Shown in pieces: positions 27,669 through 37,009 of a stretch of 64,000 bases of DNA. A program made the translations under genes and the position numbers. The DNA lies in assembly GCA_002792995.1 (NCBI GenBank), contig PFPJ01000055.1:293-64292 (forward strand). The letters are read 5' to 3'. The number at the start of each line of letters is the position of its first letter. Within the stretch, counting starts at the first letter, position 1. Under the pieces are notes generated by a model, which saw nothing but the letters and a program-made list of their open reading frames with translations, did not search any database and had not been told where the DNA came from. This DNA is from Candidatus Magasanikbacteria bacterium CG_4_10_14_0_2_um_filter_41_10. GTDB taxonomy: Bacteria; Patescibacteriota; Patescibacteriia; Magasanikbacterales; UBA922.

Positions 27669-30083
27669 TTAGAGCGTTCGTCGTGCTCGGTTGACTGCGA
27701 TACCAGCTCCGGCTACTGTCACAACAGCGCCACTTCCAAAAAGAATTTTGATCCACGTCGGAAGTCCTTGGTTTTCCTCAGTTGGTTGTACCTGGGTTGG
27801 TGCTTCTCCTTGGTTGTTAGTTCCACTGTTTTGTTGTTCATTGGTCGTTGTTTGTTCTTCAGGAACAGTGTTGTTTTCTGTAGGAAGTGTTGTTGGCTCA
27901 GGAGTATTGGTTTGTGTTGGAGGTGTTGTAGCTCCTGTTGTTTCTTCTGGCGTACTGCCTGTTTGTGTGTTGTCCGTTGTTGGTGTGGTAGTCCCTGTGT
28001 TTGTTGTCGAAGAGTTATTTGTATTTTCTGTTTCTGCAGGAGTGTCATTGCCAGCAACGACATGTACGAGGATGGTGGCCGTGTTTTCTGCACCAAAGGT
28101 GTCCTTTACTTTTGCTGTCAGTGAGTAGGTGCCTACTTGTGTGTATGTATGTGTGACTGTTGGTGACGTGTAGTAGACCTCGTCGCTTCCATCTCCGAAG
28201 GTCCAGAAGTAAAATTGAATATTTCCTTCTGAGTCGCTACTTGCGCTCGCGTCAAATGTTACTTCTGTGTTTACTGCGATCGTTACTTCTTGCCCAGTCG
28301 TAAATGCTGCGGTAGGGTGTGTGTTTGAGATGTATGTGCCACCGCTACTTCCTGATCCATTGCTTCCACTATTTTCAGTAGGTGATATTGTATCATTGTC
28401 ATTGACTATAAGTAAAAATGTATCAGCAGATTCATCAACTACAGTTGTATCTATAGGACCCACACCAGTGATAATCAATGAAAGATTTTCAGTAGATTCA
28501 ACATCAGAGTCATTGACGATATTAACATGTATATTAGTACTGGTACTCCCAACTGGTATGACGGCATAGTACCCATTGGTTGTCGTAGCAGCATCAATAG
28601 TATAATCAACGTCAGCAGATAATGTACTAGAAGGATCTACTTGGAAATATACTAATATGCCATCCGTACCTTCTGGACCACCTGCCCCACTATTTTTTGC
28701 TTTTGTGATACTGTGTACCTTTATAGAATATGTTCCGTAGCCTTCATCTATACTTTCACTTGAAGAATCAAAACTGACTTTATTTTTAATAACTGTTTCA
28801 CCACTTTCATCTACATCATCATTTTGAATAGTCAAAACATGTGTGTTACTCGTTGTATCCATTTTAAAATCATCGTAATTAGCCGAACCAGCACTTAACA
28901 CAATAGTTTCGTTTGTTTCAAAAGTTGTGTCACCCTCAATAGTAATTTCTAATTCAGCATAATCAGTACCTGATGCCATTGTTAAGGAAGCTTGATTAGA
29001 GGTGTTTACAGATCTGATAAAATCTCCACCTACAGAAGTAGGATAATCATTTTTGGCAGTACTAGAATCTTCAATGTTAATATTCAAAATACGATCTTGT
29101 GTTTGTATTTGATCAGCTACTAAACGAATGACAACTGTTTTATTTCCTTCATCACCTTCTACAACAGTACTACTAGAGGTTTCAAATCCAAAATTGCTAA
29201 TTGAAGTTACAGTATCATTATCTAAAATAATAGTAGTATAAGAGATATCTGCGAAGTCATAAACTTTTCCTGCGCTATCAGTAGCGTATGTCAATGTAAT
29301 AATGACTTCTTCATCTCCTTCCACCTCTGTATCATCGACAGGTTGGAATTCAAAACGTCTTTTTTCTCCACCTACAACATCATGGATTATTCCATTTGTT
29401 AAGTCAACGCTGTTTTCTATAAATGTAGCTTCACCCACTGCTGGGATGCTATGACTAGTTGTACCAATTACATAATCAGACGCAGACGCTGTTCCACTAA
29501 TTACAAAATGAAAATCTAGAGTTGTATTAGAATTGTTTATAAAAGCAGCCGTACCACCTAAACTAGCATTTTCAGCTCTTTTAAATGGACTAGGATTAAA
29601 AGTTTCGTCAAAAGTAGGAGGATCAGCAATATCGTCGTCTTGAATAGTCAACGTAAAAGTAGATGAAGAAAGATTGTTTTTTAGAACAATTGTTCTATCA
29701 CTCTCTACCAGGTTATTACTAATAATAGTAATGGGTAACTCTATTTTTGATATAGATGATGTAAAACTGCTAGTTACCTCAGTAAATTTGAAATCCTTAT
29801 CTTGTATTGCTGTACTATTTGTAGTATCAACAGAAATAGTAATACTTACAGTCTCTCCTTCAGCAAGAGCAGGACCTGTATATCGAATAGCCGCAATACC
29901 TGTTGACCATTCACCCCCGTCTGGAAGTGTAAGCTCTGGCACCGGATAGTTTGCATGCACAAAAGAAACCGTTGTTGGGTCAACAACAACGTCAGCATGT
30001 ACAAAAGCCACACCAAACGAGTTGAATAACAGGGTTGCAACGAGGGTAAAATGCCCAATTTTAGCGAAAAAGTTCTTTTTCAT
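27669..30083 (-). CDS. Large cell-surface protein (804 aa) with a PKD domain, a Thr/Pro-rich stalk and a C-terminal membrane anchor
   Basis: Signal peptide, beta-rich repeats, and a PKD-like segment IQFYFWTFGDGSDEVYYTSPTVTHTYTQVGTYSLTAKVKD. The C-terminus is a T/P/E-rich linker followed by LPTWIKILFGSGAVVTVAGAGIAVNRARRTL (hydrophobic segment plus basic tail). Confidence 0.6.
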   Translation of the reverse strand: MKKNFFAKIGHFTLVATLLFNSFGVAFVHADVVVDPTTVSFVHANYPVPELTLPDGGEWSTGIAAIRYTGPALAEGETVSITISVDTTNSTAIQDKDFKFTEVTSSFTSSISKIELPITIISNNLVESDRTIVLKNNLSSSTFTLTIQDDDIADPPTFDETFNPSPFKRAENASLGGTAAFINNSNTTLDFHFVISGTASASDYVIGTTSHSIPAVGEATFIENSVDLTNGIIHDVVGGEKRRFEFQPVDDTEVEGDEEVIITLTYATDSAGKVYDFADISYTTIILDNDTVTSISNFGFETSSSTVVEGDEGNKTVVIRLVADQIQTQDRILNINIEDSSTAKNDYPTSVGGDFIRSVNTSNQASLTMASGTDYAELEITIEGDTTFETNETIVLSAGSANYDDFKMDTTSNTHVLTIQNDDVDESGETVIKNKVSFDSSSESIDEGYGTYSIKVHSITKAKNSGAGGPEGTDGILVYFQVDPSSTLSADVDYTIDAATTTNGYYAVIPVGSTSTNIHVNIVNDSDVESTENLSLIITGVGPIDTTVVDESADTFLLIVNDNDTISPTENSGSNGSGSSGGTYISNTHPTAAFTTGQEVTIAVNTEVTFDASASSDSEGNIQFYFWTFGDGSDEVYYTSPTVTHTYTQVGTYSLTAKVKDTFGAENTATILVHVVAGNDTPAETENTNNSSTTNTGTTTPTTDNTQTGSTPEETTGATTPPTQTNTPEPTTLPTENNTVPEEQTTTNEQQNSGTNNQGEAPTQVQPTEENQGLPTWIKILFGSGAVVTVAGAGIAVNRARRTL

Positions 30084-30212
30084 AGATATGAGTTATATTA
30101 CTGTATATATATTACTAATTAACGTATGATCATACCAGAATTGTATGCTTTTGTCAAGTCAAGAGCTGTGGTAAAATAGCATAGTATTGTTTCTTTGACA
30201 AGATTCTCACCT

Positions 30213-30773
30213 ATGGAAAAAATCTTTTATCCTACACAAAAAACGTACAATAGAGGCATTCTTTGGATTCAGCGGATTGCGAGTATGGTTTTTCTCTATG
30301 CCACCCTTACCTTACCTGCCAATATTTCCCTTATGAATACTCCGCTTGTAACGACACTGCGTGGAGAATACCCCACATGGTGGCATGTGATGTGGGATAT
30401 GTGTCTCACCGTGATGATACTGGCGGTATTGTTTTTTGTAGGAAAACTGCTCGTCTTGTATACACGCTCACATCCTGTCTCTCGGAAATATATCGAGTGG
30501 ATCAGAAAAATAGATAGCAAATTTATTCAGAATTTTTTGAACTTTGATTTTTTCTTGGTGAAGTTTTTGGTTGCTGGGGTGTTTGGATGGTTCCTTTGGT
30601 TTTTGTTGAAAGGAGTGTCACCTTCATTGCCAGCGAGTATTCATGTGCCGTTGTATCACACACAACCAGTTGTGACGGTGATGGTGATACTCGGATTCAT
30701 TGTGCTCGTAGAAAGTTTTCAATCGTGGAAGTGGCATATGCGAAAACATTTGCATATGCATGAAAAGTTTTAG
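30213..30773 (+). CDS. Hypothetical polytopic membrane protein
   Basis: Four or five predicted TM segments. The ATG at 30213 was preferred over the TTG at 30195. Confidence 0.4.
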   Translation: MEKIFYPTQKTYNRGILWIQRIASMVFLYATLTLPANISLMNTPLVTTLRGEYPTWWHVMWDMCLTVMILAVLFFVGKLLVLYTRSHPVSRKYIEWIRKIDSKFIQNFLNFDFFLVKFLVAGVFGWFLWFLLKGVSPSLPASIHVPLYHTQPVVTVMVILGFIVLVESFQSWKWHMRKHLHMHEKF

Positions 30774-30781
30774 TCTTCAAT

Positions 30782-30815
30782 AAAAAAACTCCACTAATGC
30801 GGTGGAGTTTTTTTA
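30782..30815. terminator. Bidirectional terminator hairpin
   Basis: AAAAAAACTCCAC-TAATGCG-GTGGAGTTTTTTT. Confidence 0.55.
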
Positions 30816-30826
30816 TGTATAACATA

Positions 30827-31216
30827 TTAGAGACAAGAACGAGCTGCAAAATAATCACCTGCAGTGGGCGACGCACCATTTTTAATTTCATTTGCACGGG
30901 TGGTGCCGAGTTTTGAATAGAGACACTGTTCCATAGCAGGAGTAATGGTTGTCGGAAGTGTAGCCGGGTCGATTCCCAATTTTTCAAGTGTTTTTTCTTG
31001 TGTTGGAGAAAGGAGAGGGTTTTTATTGGTTGTTGTTTGATCTGGTGCGGAGGTCACTGTGGAAGGAGTAGAAGTCGCATCTTTCTTTATTTCATAGTCA
31101 ATAAATGGTTGTTTCAAGCCAAACGGATCGGCGATGTAAAAATATACACCCGCCAGAATCAGGAGGAAGAAGATAACACCAAGTGTAACAAAGAATATGT
31201 TGAAAAATCTTTTCAT
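30827..31216 (-). CDS. Hypothetical membrane-anchored protein
   Basis: N-terminal TM and a Thr/Pro-rich region; a Cys residue near the C-terminus. Confidence 0.4.
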   Translation of the reverse strand: MKRFFNIFFVTLGVIFFLLILAGVYFYIADPFGLKQPFIDYEIKKDATSTPSTVTSAPDQTTTNKNPLLSPTQEKTLEKLGIDPATLPTTITPAMEQCLYSKLGTTRANEIKNGASPTAGDYFAARSCL

Positions 31217-31227
31217 AGAGTATGTGG

Positions 31228-31848
31228 TTAGGACGACATTTTCAGATATGGTTTGATAGGCCAGAGGAGGAGTGCGCCTATGACTGATACGACGACAACA
31301 GAAACAATAAGAATGGGGAATCCACTATATGCAGCGATGAATCCACCAAGTGCTGCGAGTGCTGCTCCCGTTAAATCGGTAAGGGTAAAATATACGCCCC
31401 ACTCAGTTCCTTCTTTTTCTTTATCTATATGTCTTGTGAAAATGGCCATGTATGTCGGGAATGTGAATGCCGTAAAAAATCCTAATAAAAACTGAACCAT
31501 GTACAGTTGTATGGGTGTATGGATGATGAGATACAAGAGAGGAACAAATGACATGAGGAGGGTAAAGATAAACATGAGCCAAAAATCATCTTTTTCTCCA
31601 CGTATTTTGTCTATCATATGTGCAATAGGAATTTGGAGCACACTCTTTGTAAAGAGATAGATTCCTGCTGCTAGCCCTGCCACGGCTTCATTTCCACCAG
31701 TGATAAAATCGGTAATAAAAAGTGCAAAGATTGGTCCCAAGAGTCCTAATGACCCCATGACAATGGTGTCTGAAAGAATAAGAAAACGAACAACAGGATT
31801 GATATCTTGAAGAAAATAGTGATGAATATTGATTGCACGATTTTTCAT
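31228..31848 (-). CDS. Six-TM membrane protein resembling half of an MFS transporter
   Basis: 206 aa with six hydrophobic helices and an MFS-like loop IDKIRGEKDD. Confidence 0.4.
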   Translation of the reverse strand: MKNRAINIHHYFLQDINPVVRFLILSDTIVMGSLGLLGPIFALFITDFITGGNEAVAGLAAGIYLFTKSVLQIPIAHMIDKIRGEKDDFWLMFIFTLLMSFVPLLYLIIHTPIQLYMVQFLLGFFTAFTFPTYMAIFTRHIDKEKEGTEWGVYFTLTDLTGAALAALGGFIAAYSGFPILIVSVVVVSVIGALLLWPIKPYLKMSS

Positions 31849-31958
31849 AGAAAATATATAATACAGTATTCATATCATACCGCAATTTTGTATCATTGTA
31901 TATCTAAAAAACACAAGGGAGCTGCTGGTGCAACTCCCGTTTTCAAGCGCGTAGTGCG

Positions 31959-32447
31959 CTACTCCTTGTGTTCGTCGTCGAAGGTGATGTTGATGGATTT
32001 TATGCCGCGGTAGCTGCGGCTGATCTCCACGCCATCACGGTACGTGACCGTGAACTTCGTCTGGTACCAGAGCTGGCCCACCTGTTGACGGTGGTCCTTG
32101 CACTTGTCGTACCAAACCTTGCCTCTGAGCTTGTCAGAGACCCTGTATCCGAGCGTGGAGTCGTACCACGAGATCGTGACCTCGTAGGATTCGTCCACCA
32201 TCACGGGGTCAGCCTGCAGGCCCCCGCCCATCTTGGCGCCGGCGTTGCCGTTGCCTGGCAGCTCGATCAAAAGATCTGGCTTGCTCGGCGTGTAGACCGC
32301 GCTCTCCACTCGGACGGTGAGTGGGGTGTCGGCGTCGACGAGTACGTTCTCTACTGTTCTGCCACCCCACATGACAGACATCAGAACGATGAATGCGGCA
32401 GCGAGTGCCACCGCAGAAATCGTCAAGAGAAGAATCATCTTGTTCAT
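31959..32447 (-). CDS. GC-rich hypothetical membrane-anchored protein; probable horizontally acquired singleton
   Basis: Start at MNKMILLLTISAVALAAAFIVLM with a GAGGGGG RBS, about 60% GC. Two hairpins (AGCGC...GCGCT and GGGAG...CTCCC + T-run) follow the stop codon. Confidence 0.5.
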   Translation of the reverse strand: MNKMILLLTISAVALAAAFIVLMSVMWGGRTVENVLVDADTPLTVRVESAVYTPSKPDLLIELPGNGNAGAKMGGGLQADPVMVDESYEVTISWYDSTLGYRVSDKLRGKVWYDKCKDHRQQVGQLWYQTKFTVTYRDGVEISRSYRGIKSINITFDDEHKE

Positions 32448-32622
32448 GGAGCCCCCTCGGATAGGCATTTTTGTGTATCTTCGAGCGGCATGACGATAGC
32501 ACAAAACATCCCTTTGGTAAAGGGATGTTGGTGTTTGTTGGACAAAGTTCGAATGTATTTAGTATAAAAGAGTTGTGACGTCTTCTCTGCTTTCCATTCA
32601 TGAAACTCATGTTTAAATACTT

Positions 32623-33342
32623 TTATTCTTTTGAAGAGCCCGCAGCTTTAACCATTTCTCGCAGGTTCCCATGATAGATGGTTGTTACAGAAATATTTTT
32701 ATACTTAATAGAACTATCTATAAAATCCTCTATCACTTTTTTCGTTTCCTCTTCATCAATAATTCCCGGATATAAACCAGTATTTTCTCGGATAAAATTA
32801 TCATAATCAAAAACGAGATAGACTCTGCCGTTATTATTTAGTTGTTTGACAGCGCACTCAAGGTGGTATTTAGTTTTGTTTTTTAAAATTTGAAAAATTC
32901 TATATTTTAAATCTGCTTTTTCTTCATCTTGTAAAGCTTTGTTTTGTATCAATAATTTTCCTCCTTTTGCATGCCTCTCTTGTTCATCTTCTCCTTCGTT
33001 TAGAGATTTAATTTCAATATTAATGCCAGTGGACGGATCAAATAAATCAGGCTCTTTTTTTTCGTTATTTTCTTGGACAAAGTCTGCCTTAGGATGAAAT
33101 ACTAATGCAATTTCAATTTCATGCAGTAAATCATTTTTTTGATTATCTGTAAGTCCGGGTCTTATTTTTTGCTTTATCGAAATTAAGTTTTGCGATGATA
33201 ATGTTGAAACATAAGAATCAAGGCTTCGAAGCCACGGATCTTCGTGAATAGTTCCACCGCAACACTTAACAAGAAAGTCCTTCAAGCCAATATTATTGAG
33301 ATTTTCATACATACTTAAAAAGTTCAAAAAAATTGAATCCAT
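32623..33342 (-). CDS. Hypothetical protein with a possible PD-(D/E)xK nuclease-like motif, adjacent to tRNA-Ser
   Basis: 239 aa at host-like AT composition. The segment ...HPKADFVQE...PDLFDPSTGINIEIKSL gives the D...(D/E)xK spacing. Confidence 0.4.
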   Translation of the reverse strand: MDSIFLNFLSMYENLNNIGLKDFLVKCCGGTIHEDPWLRSLDSYVSTLSSQNLISIKQKIRPGLTDNQKNDLLHEIEIALVFHPKADFVQENNEKKEPDLFDPSTGINIEIKSLNEGEDEQERHAKGGKLLIQNKALQDEEKADLKYRIFQILKNKTKYHLECAVKQLNNNGRVYLVFDYDNFIRENTGLYPGIIDEEETKKVIEDFIDSSIKYKNISVTTIYHGNLREMVKAAGSSKE

Positions 33343-33365
33343 ATACGCTTATACCAAGTATTTAC

Positions 33366-33454
33366 TGCGGAGAGGGCGGGATTTGAACCCGCGGTTCGGT
33401 TTCCCGAACACCGCTTTTCGAAAGCGGCACATTCGACCACTCTGACACCTCTCC
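33366..33454 (-). tRNA. tRNA-Ser (anticodon CGA), class II with a long variable arm
   Basis: Minus strand GGAGAGG...CCGCT-TTCGAAA-AGCGG, variable arm GTTCGG-GAAA-CCGAAC, T-arm GCGGG-TTCAAAT-CCCGC, and acceptor CCTCTCC-G. Confidence 0.85.
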
Positions 33455-33480
33455 ATTGCATGGGATTGTACTGAAGGAAT

Positions 33481-34758
33481 CTATTCTTGTCTAGTCACGA
33501 GCATGAGTGGCAACACCCAAAATAATACTGACAAATCGTTCTTTATATACGGAGAATCCACGAGACCTGTGACGATAAACGTCACAAGAGCAACACACAC
33601 CAGCAACCAGTAGCCATATCGTTTTCCGATAGAAAAAAACATACCAATAATCATCAACACAAATCCAATCAATCCGAGCAATCCCGTATTCACATACATC
33701 GTCAGAAAAATATTGTGCGGATGATGAAAAATTTCAACACCTTCTCCATTGACTGTCGTGTGATAGGGGACAATGCGTTCATCATACGACGCCAATCCTG
33801 CACCGAGAAGCGGACGGTCTTGCAATAAGTGCAGTGTATCTTGCCACATCGAGAGACGAATTTGTCCAGAACGATCTTGAAAAAACACTTCTTCTCGAAT
33901 GATATGAAGGCTTGGTATGCTGAGAAGGCCTAGAAGGCTTATGACACCAATGGCTATACTTATCCATCGAGTTTTTTTGTTGAGGATGAGAAGCATACCA
34001 ACGCCCGCCACAATCCCTATCAGTCCACCTGTACTTTTTGCATATACAATGGCAAGTGGTCCTAAAAGGAGGAGTACTCCTGAAGATACAAATACAATCA
34101 TCTGTTCAACGTGCCCAACGCCCCAGTCTTCTTTTTCTTCTCGAGAAAATCGTTGCCACACAAGAGCCATGGCTATGACAATGAGTGGTGCGAGGAAGAG
34201 CGCTGTAGCATTGGGATATCCGTACCACGTGGTCACACGATAACTCGCACCATTTCCCCAAAATGCCCACGGTACCATCCATCCTGTGAAGTGCTGATAT
34301 ATCGCCAAAAGTGATGTCGCTATTCCAGACAACATCAGTGGAAGGAGAATATCTGCTTTTATCTTGAGCGTATCTTTTGCAAACAATAAAATCAAGAAAA
34401 GAAGAAATGGTTCAATATAAAATGCTTTCCATTCACCAGCAGCAGCTCTGAGATCTGTGGCAGTAAACACCGATATGGTTGTAGCAATGAGAAAGAGAAG
34501 TGTTCCCACGGTAAACAGTGTATGTTTTCGAAATAAGGTAATAACCGATTCTTCAATATGTCGTGCGTGCTTGATGAGTCCGACGATACACACAATCCAG
34601 ATCATACCTTCAAGCACTGTGGTAGGAAGTGGACCGATAGAAAAACGAAGAAGGTAGGTTGGAAGAAGGAGAAATAGCAAAAAGACACCGTATGAAAAGC
34701 GTTGCCACGTGATGAGAGTGAAGAATATGAAATAAATAAGGTACGGAAAAATCATCAT
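33481..34758 (-). CDS. O-antigen ligase (Wzy_C/RfaL) family polytopic membrane protein
   Basis: 425 aa with at least 10 TM segments and a periplasmic loop carrying ...YDERIVPYHTTVNGEGVEIFHHPHNIFLTMYVNTG. Confidence 0.55.
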   Translation of the reverse strand: MMIFPYLIYFIFFTLITWQRFSYGVFLLFLLLPTYLLRFSIGPLPTTVLEGMIWIVCIVGLIKHARHIEESVITLFRKHTLFTVGTLLFLIATTISVFTATDLRAAAGEWKAFYIEPFLLFLILLFAKDTLKIKADILLPLMLSGIATSLLAIYQHFTGWMVPWAFWGNGASYRVTTWYGYPNATALFLAPLIVIAMALVWQRFSREEKEDWGVGHVEQMIVFVSSGVLLLLGPLAIVYAKSTGGLIGIVAGVGMLLILNKKTRWISIAIGVISLLGLLSIPSLHIIREEVFFQDRSGQIRLSMWQDTLHLLQDRPLLGAGLASYDERIVPYHTTVNGEGVEIFHHPHNIFLTMYVNTGLLGLIGFVLMIIGMFFSIGKRYGYWLLVCVALVTFIVTGLVDSPYIKNDLSVLFWVLPLMLVTRQE

Positions 34759-34767
34759 AAAAAAAAA

Positions 34768-35463
34768 TTATTTGACGTGCGTTTTTGCAAATGTTCTTAT
34801 TTGCATCAGGTATTCTCGAATGCCAGCATATCGTATCATGTCTACCACCATAGATATATCTCGTCCAATCCCACGTGCAAATCCCCATTTTTTATATTTA
34901 TACGTATTCCGTATGGAAGATGCCATCCACGCGACATGTTTTTTTTGGTGACGCATGTAGGTATTGATCGCAATTTCTAGTTGGTATTGTGTTGGGCTTG
35001 TGGAACAAATAGTGTCAAGATCTTTTTTTGCGAGAATGCGTTGTCCTGTCAATAAAATATCTCCGCGACTCCATTTTACAATCCACGGACTTTGTTCTCT
35101 TCCAAGAATAAGCATGTCGAGATGATGAGTTTCAAATGTCTGCATGGCATGAGATAGCTCTGTCGCATCGAGACCCAGCAAATCTGCATCCAGAAGAAAT
35201 ACCATGTCTGTCGTCACCGCAGAAAGTCCTGCCATGATTGCTCCACTTTTGCCTCCATTTTTTGAAAGTGTTATCAATTGTACGTTTGGAAATTGTTGTG
35301 CAATTTGTGATGACATCAGATCTGTAGAACCATCATCCACACAAATAACAGAAGAAAAAAAAGACACGTTTGATACAAGAGCAAGTGTATCGAGAATACG
35401 TGTTCCTTCATTAAAAAATGGAATGATACAGGAATATCTATGTGTCAGATTCTTTTGTCCCAT
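34768..35463 (-). CDS. Glycosyltransferase family 2
   Basis: SCIIPFFNEG, VICVDDGSTD and FLLDADL (DxD) motifs. Confidence 0.75.
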   Translation of the reverse strand: MGQKNLTHRYSCIIPFFNEGTRILDTLALVSNVSFFSSVICVDDGSTDLMSSQIAQQFPNVQLITLSKNGGKSGAIMAGLSAVTTDMVFLLDADLLGLDATELSHAMQTFETHHLDMLILGREQSPWIVKWSRGDILLTGQRILAKKDLDTICSTSPTQYQLEIAINTYMRHQKKHVAWMASSIRNTYKYKKWGFARGIGRDISMVVDMIRYAGIREYLMQIRTFAKTHVK

Positions 35464-35464
35464 A

Positions 35465-36886
35465 TCATTTTTTTATACGCAATATTTCTGTCAGTGTTTC
35501 CTTTGATATTGCACCCATACCAAACAAAAAAAGCATATAGACTGTTCCTCCGAGTGGAATGAGTAGAAGCACAGGCAGATTTTTGAACATATATAATACT
35601 GCTGCCATGACTAATGCAGAAAAAAGAATCTTTCCAAATGTTTGTACATTGAGTGTGAGTTTCAAATAATGTTTTACAGTCAAAAACAACATAATCCCTG
35701 CATACGTTTCACTAAACAATGTCATGCCTGCTGCGCCCCACATCCCATAGCGTGGAATAAAGTAAAAATAGCCAGCAACCGTCAACACAGCATTACTTAT
35801 GTAAATCCACATGGTTTGTTTTTGTTTGTCGAGGGCAACAGCGAGGTGTCCATATATTGCACCAATGTAGAGTGAAAACGTACTTACCAAAAGAACTGAC
35901 AAAATAGGACCAGCATTTTGAAATTTGTCTCCAGCGACGAGTGTTATGAGTGGTGTCGCGAGCATCACACCCCCGACGACCATCGGCACAGCGAAGAGCA
36001 TCATCATATCAAAACTTTGTTGATAAAGATGATGCATATGTTCACGTCGTTTTTCTGCCCATGCGCCAGCCAGGAGCGGAAGCATGAGTCCCATCATCAT
36101 CATGGCCATCTGCGCGAGGATATCAATCACTCGGTAGGCTGCACCATAGAGCGCGACAGTATTTTGATCTTGAAAAAGGGTGAGGATAACAATATCTCCC
36201 TTGAGATACATAACATTAAAAATAATAGAAATTGCGATGGGCCACATTTTATGTGTAATGATTTTCCATATTGCCATGTCAAAACGAAATACAGGACGAG
36301 CATGTTTCGTAGCTGCCCACCACATATAAATGGTATAGGCAACACTGGCTCCTGTCAGCACGATCATCACAGGCATAAATCCGCTATCTGTATATATAAT
36401 GAATGCCAATCCTCCAACGAGGACCACGCGACCAATCACTTCGCCAATCGCTTGGATGTACATGCGGAATTTACTTTGATAGTAGCCCGTAAAAATTTGA
36501 TTCATGGCTACAGCAAGCATGTTTATCGTCGTAAAAGAAATAGCAATTTTTACTTCATGTGGATAGGGAAAAAAGAGCGCAATAAACGGCGCAAGTGCGA
36601 GAAAAAGAAATGCAGTAACAAACCGATAGCCAAGCAAATTTTGTAAAAGCTTCTGTTCTTCTATTTTCGCTTCTCCCATCATTTGTGCGGTGACGGGGAT
36701 AAGACCAAAATCAATAAGAATCGCAAGAAATTGCAAAAATGCAATAGTCGTGACATACCACCCAAATCGTTCTGTCCCGAGATACCGTGTCATCATGCCA
36801 ATCGCAACAAGACCGAGCATGGTAGAAACAATTTTTCCACCAAATTGAATGGCTGTATTGTGCGCAATTTTTCGTGTTGTGCTCAT
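35465..36886 (-). CDS. Polysaccharide flippase (Wzx/MOP superfamily)
   Basis: 473 aa with about 14 TM segments and a conserved N-terminal region NTAIQFGGKIVSTMLGLV. Confidence 0.6.
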   Translation of the reverse strand: MSTTRKIAHNTAIQFGGKIVSTMLGLVAIGMMTRYLGTERFGWYVTTIAFLQFLAILIDFGLIPVTAQMMGEAKIEEQKLLQNLLGYRFVTAFLFLALAPFIALFFPYPHEVKIAISFTTINMLAVAMNQIFTGYYQSKFRMYIQAIGEVIGRVVLVGGLAFIIYTDSGFMPVMIVLTGASVAYTIYMWWAATKHARPVFRFDMAIWKIITHKMWPIAISIIFNVMYLKGDIVILTLFQDQNTVALYGAAYRVIDILAQMAMMMMGLMLPLLAGAWAEKRREHMHHLYQQSFDMMMLFAVPMVVGGVMLATPLITLVAGDKFQNAGPILSVLLVSTFSLYIGAIYGHLAVALDKQKQTMWIYISNAVLTVAGYFYFIPRYGMWGAAGMTLFSETYAGIMLFLTVKHYLKLTLNVQTFGKILFSALVMAAVLYMFKNLPVLLLIPLGGTVYMLFLFGMGAISKETLTEILRIKK

Positions 36887-37009
36887 AAAAAAATGAGAAG
36901 CCCTGTATGAAGGGAAGAATCATATACACTCTACCTTTTTTTGGACTTTTTCGCAATTGGAATTTCCTATCATTTTTGATATACTATCAGACCTAAGATA
37001 ACACTCACT

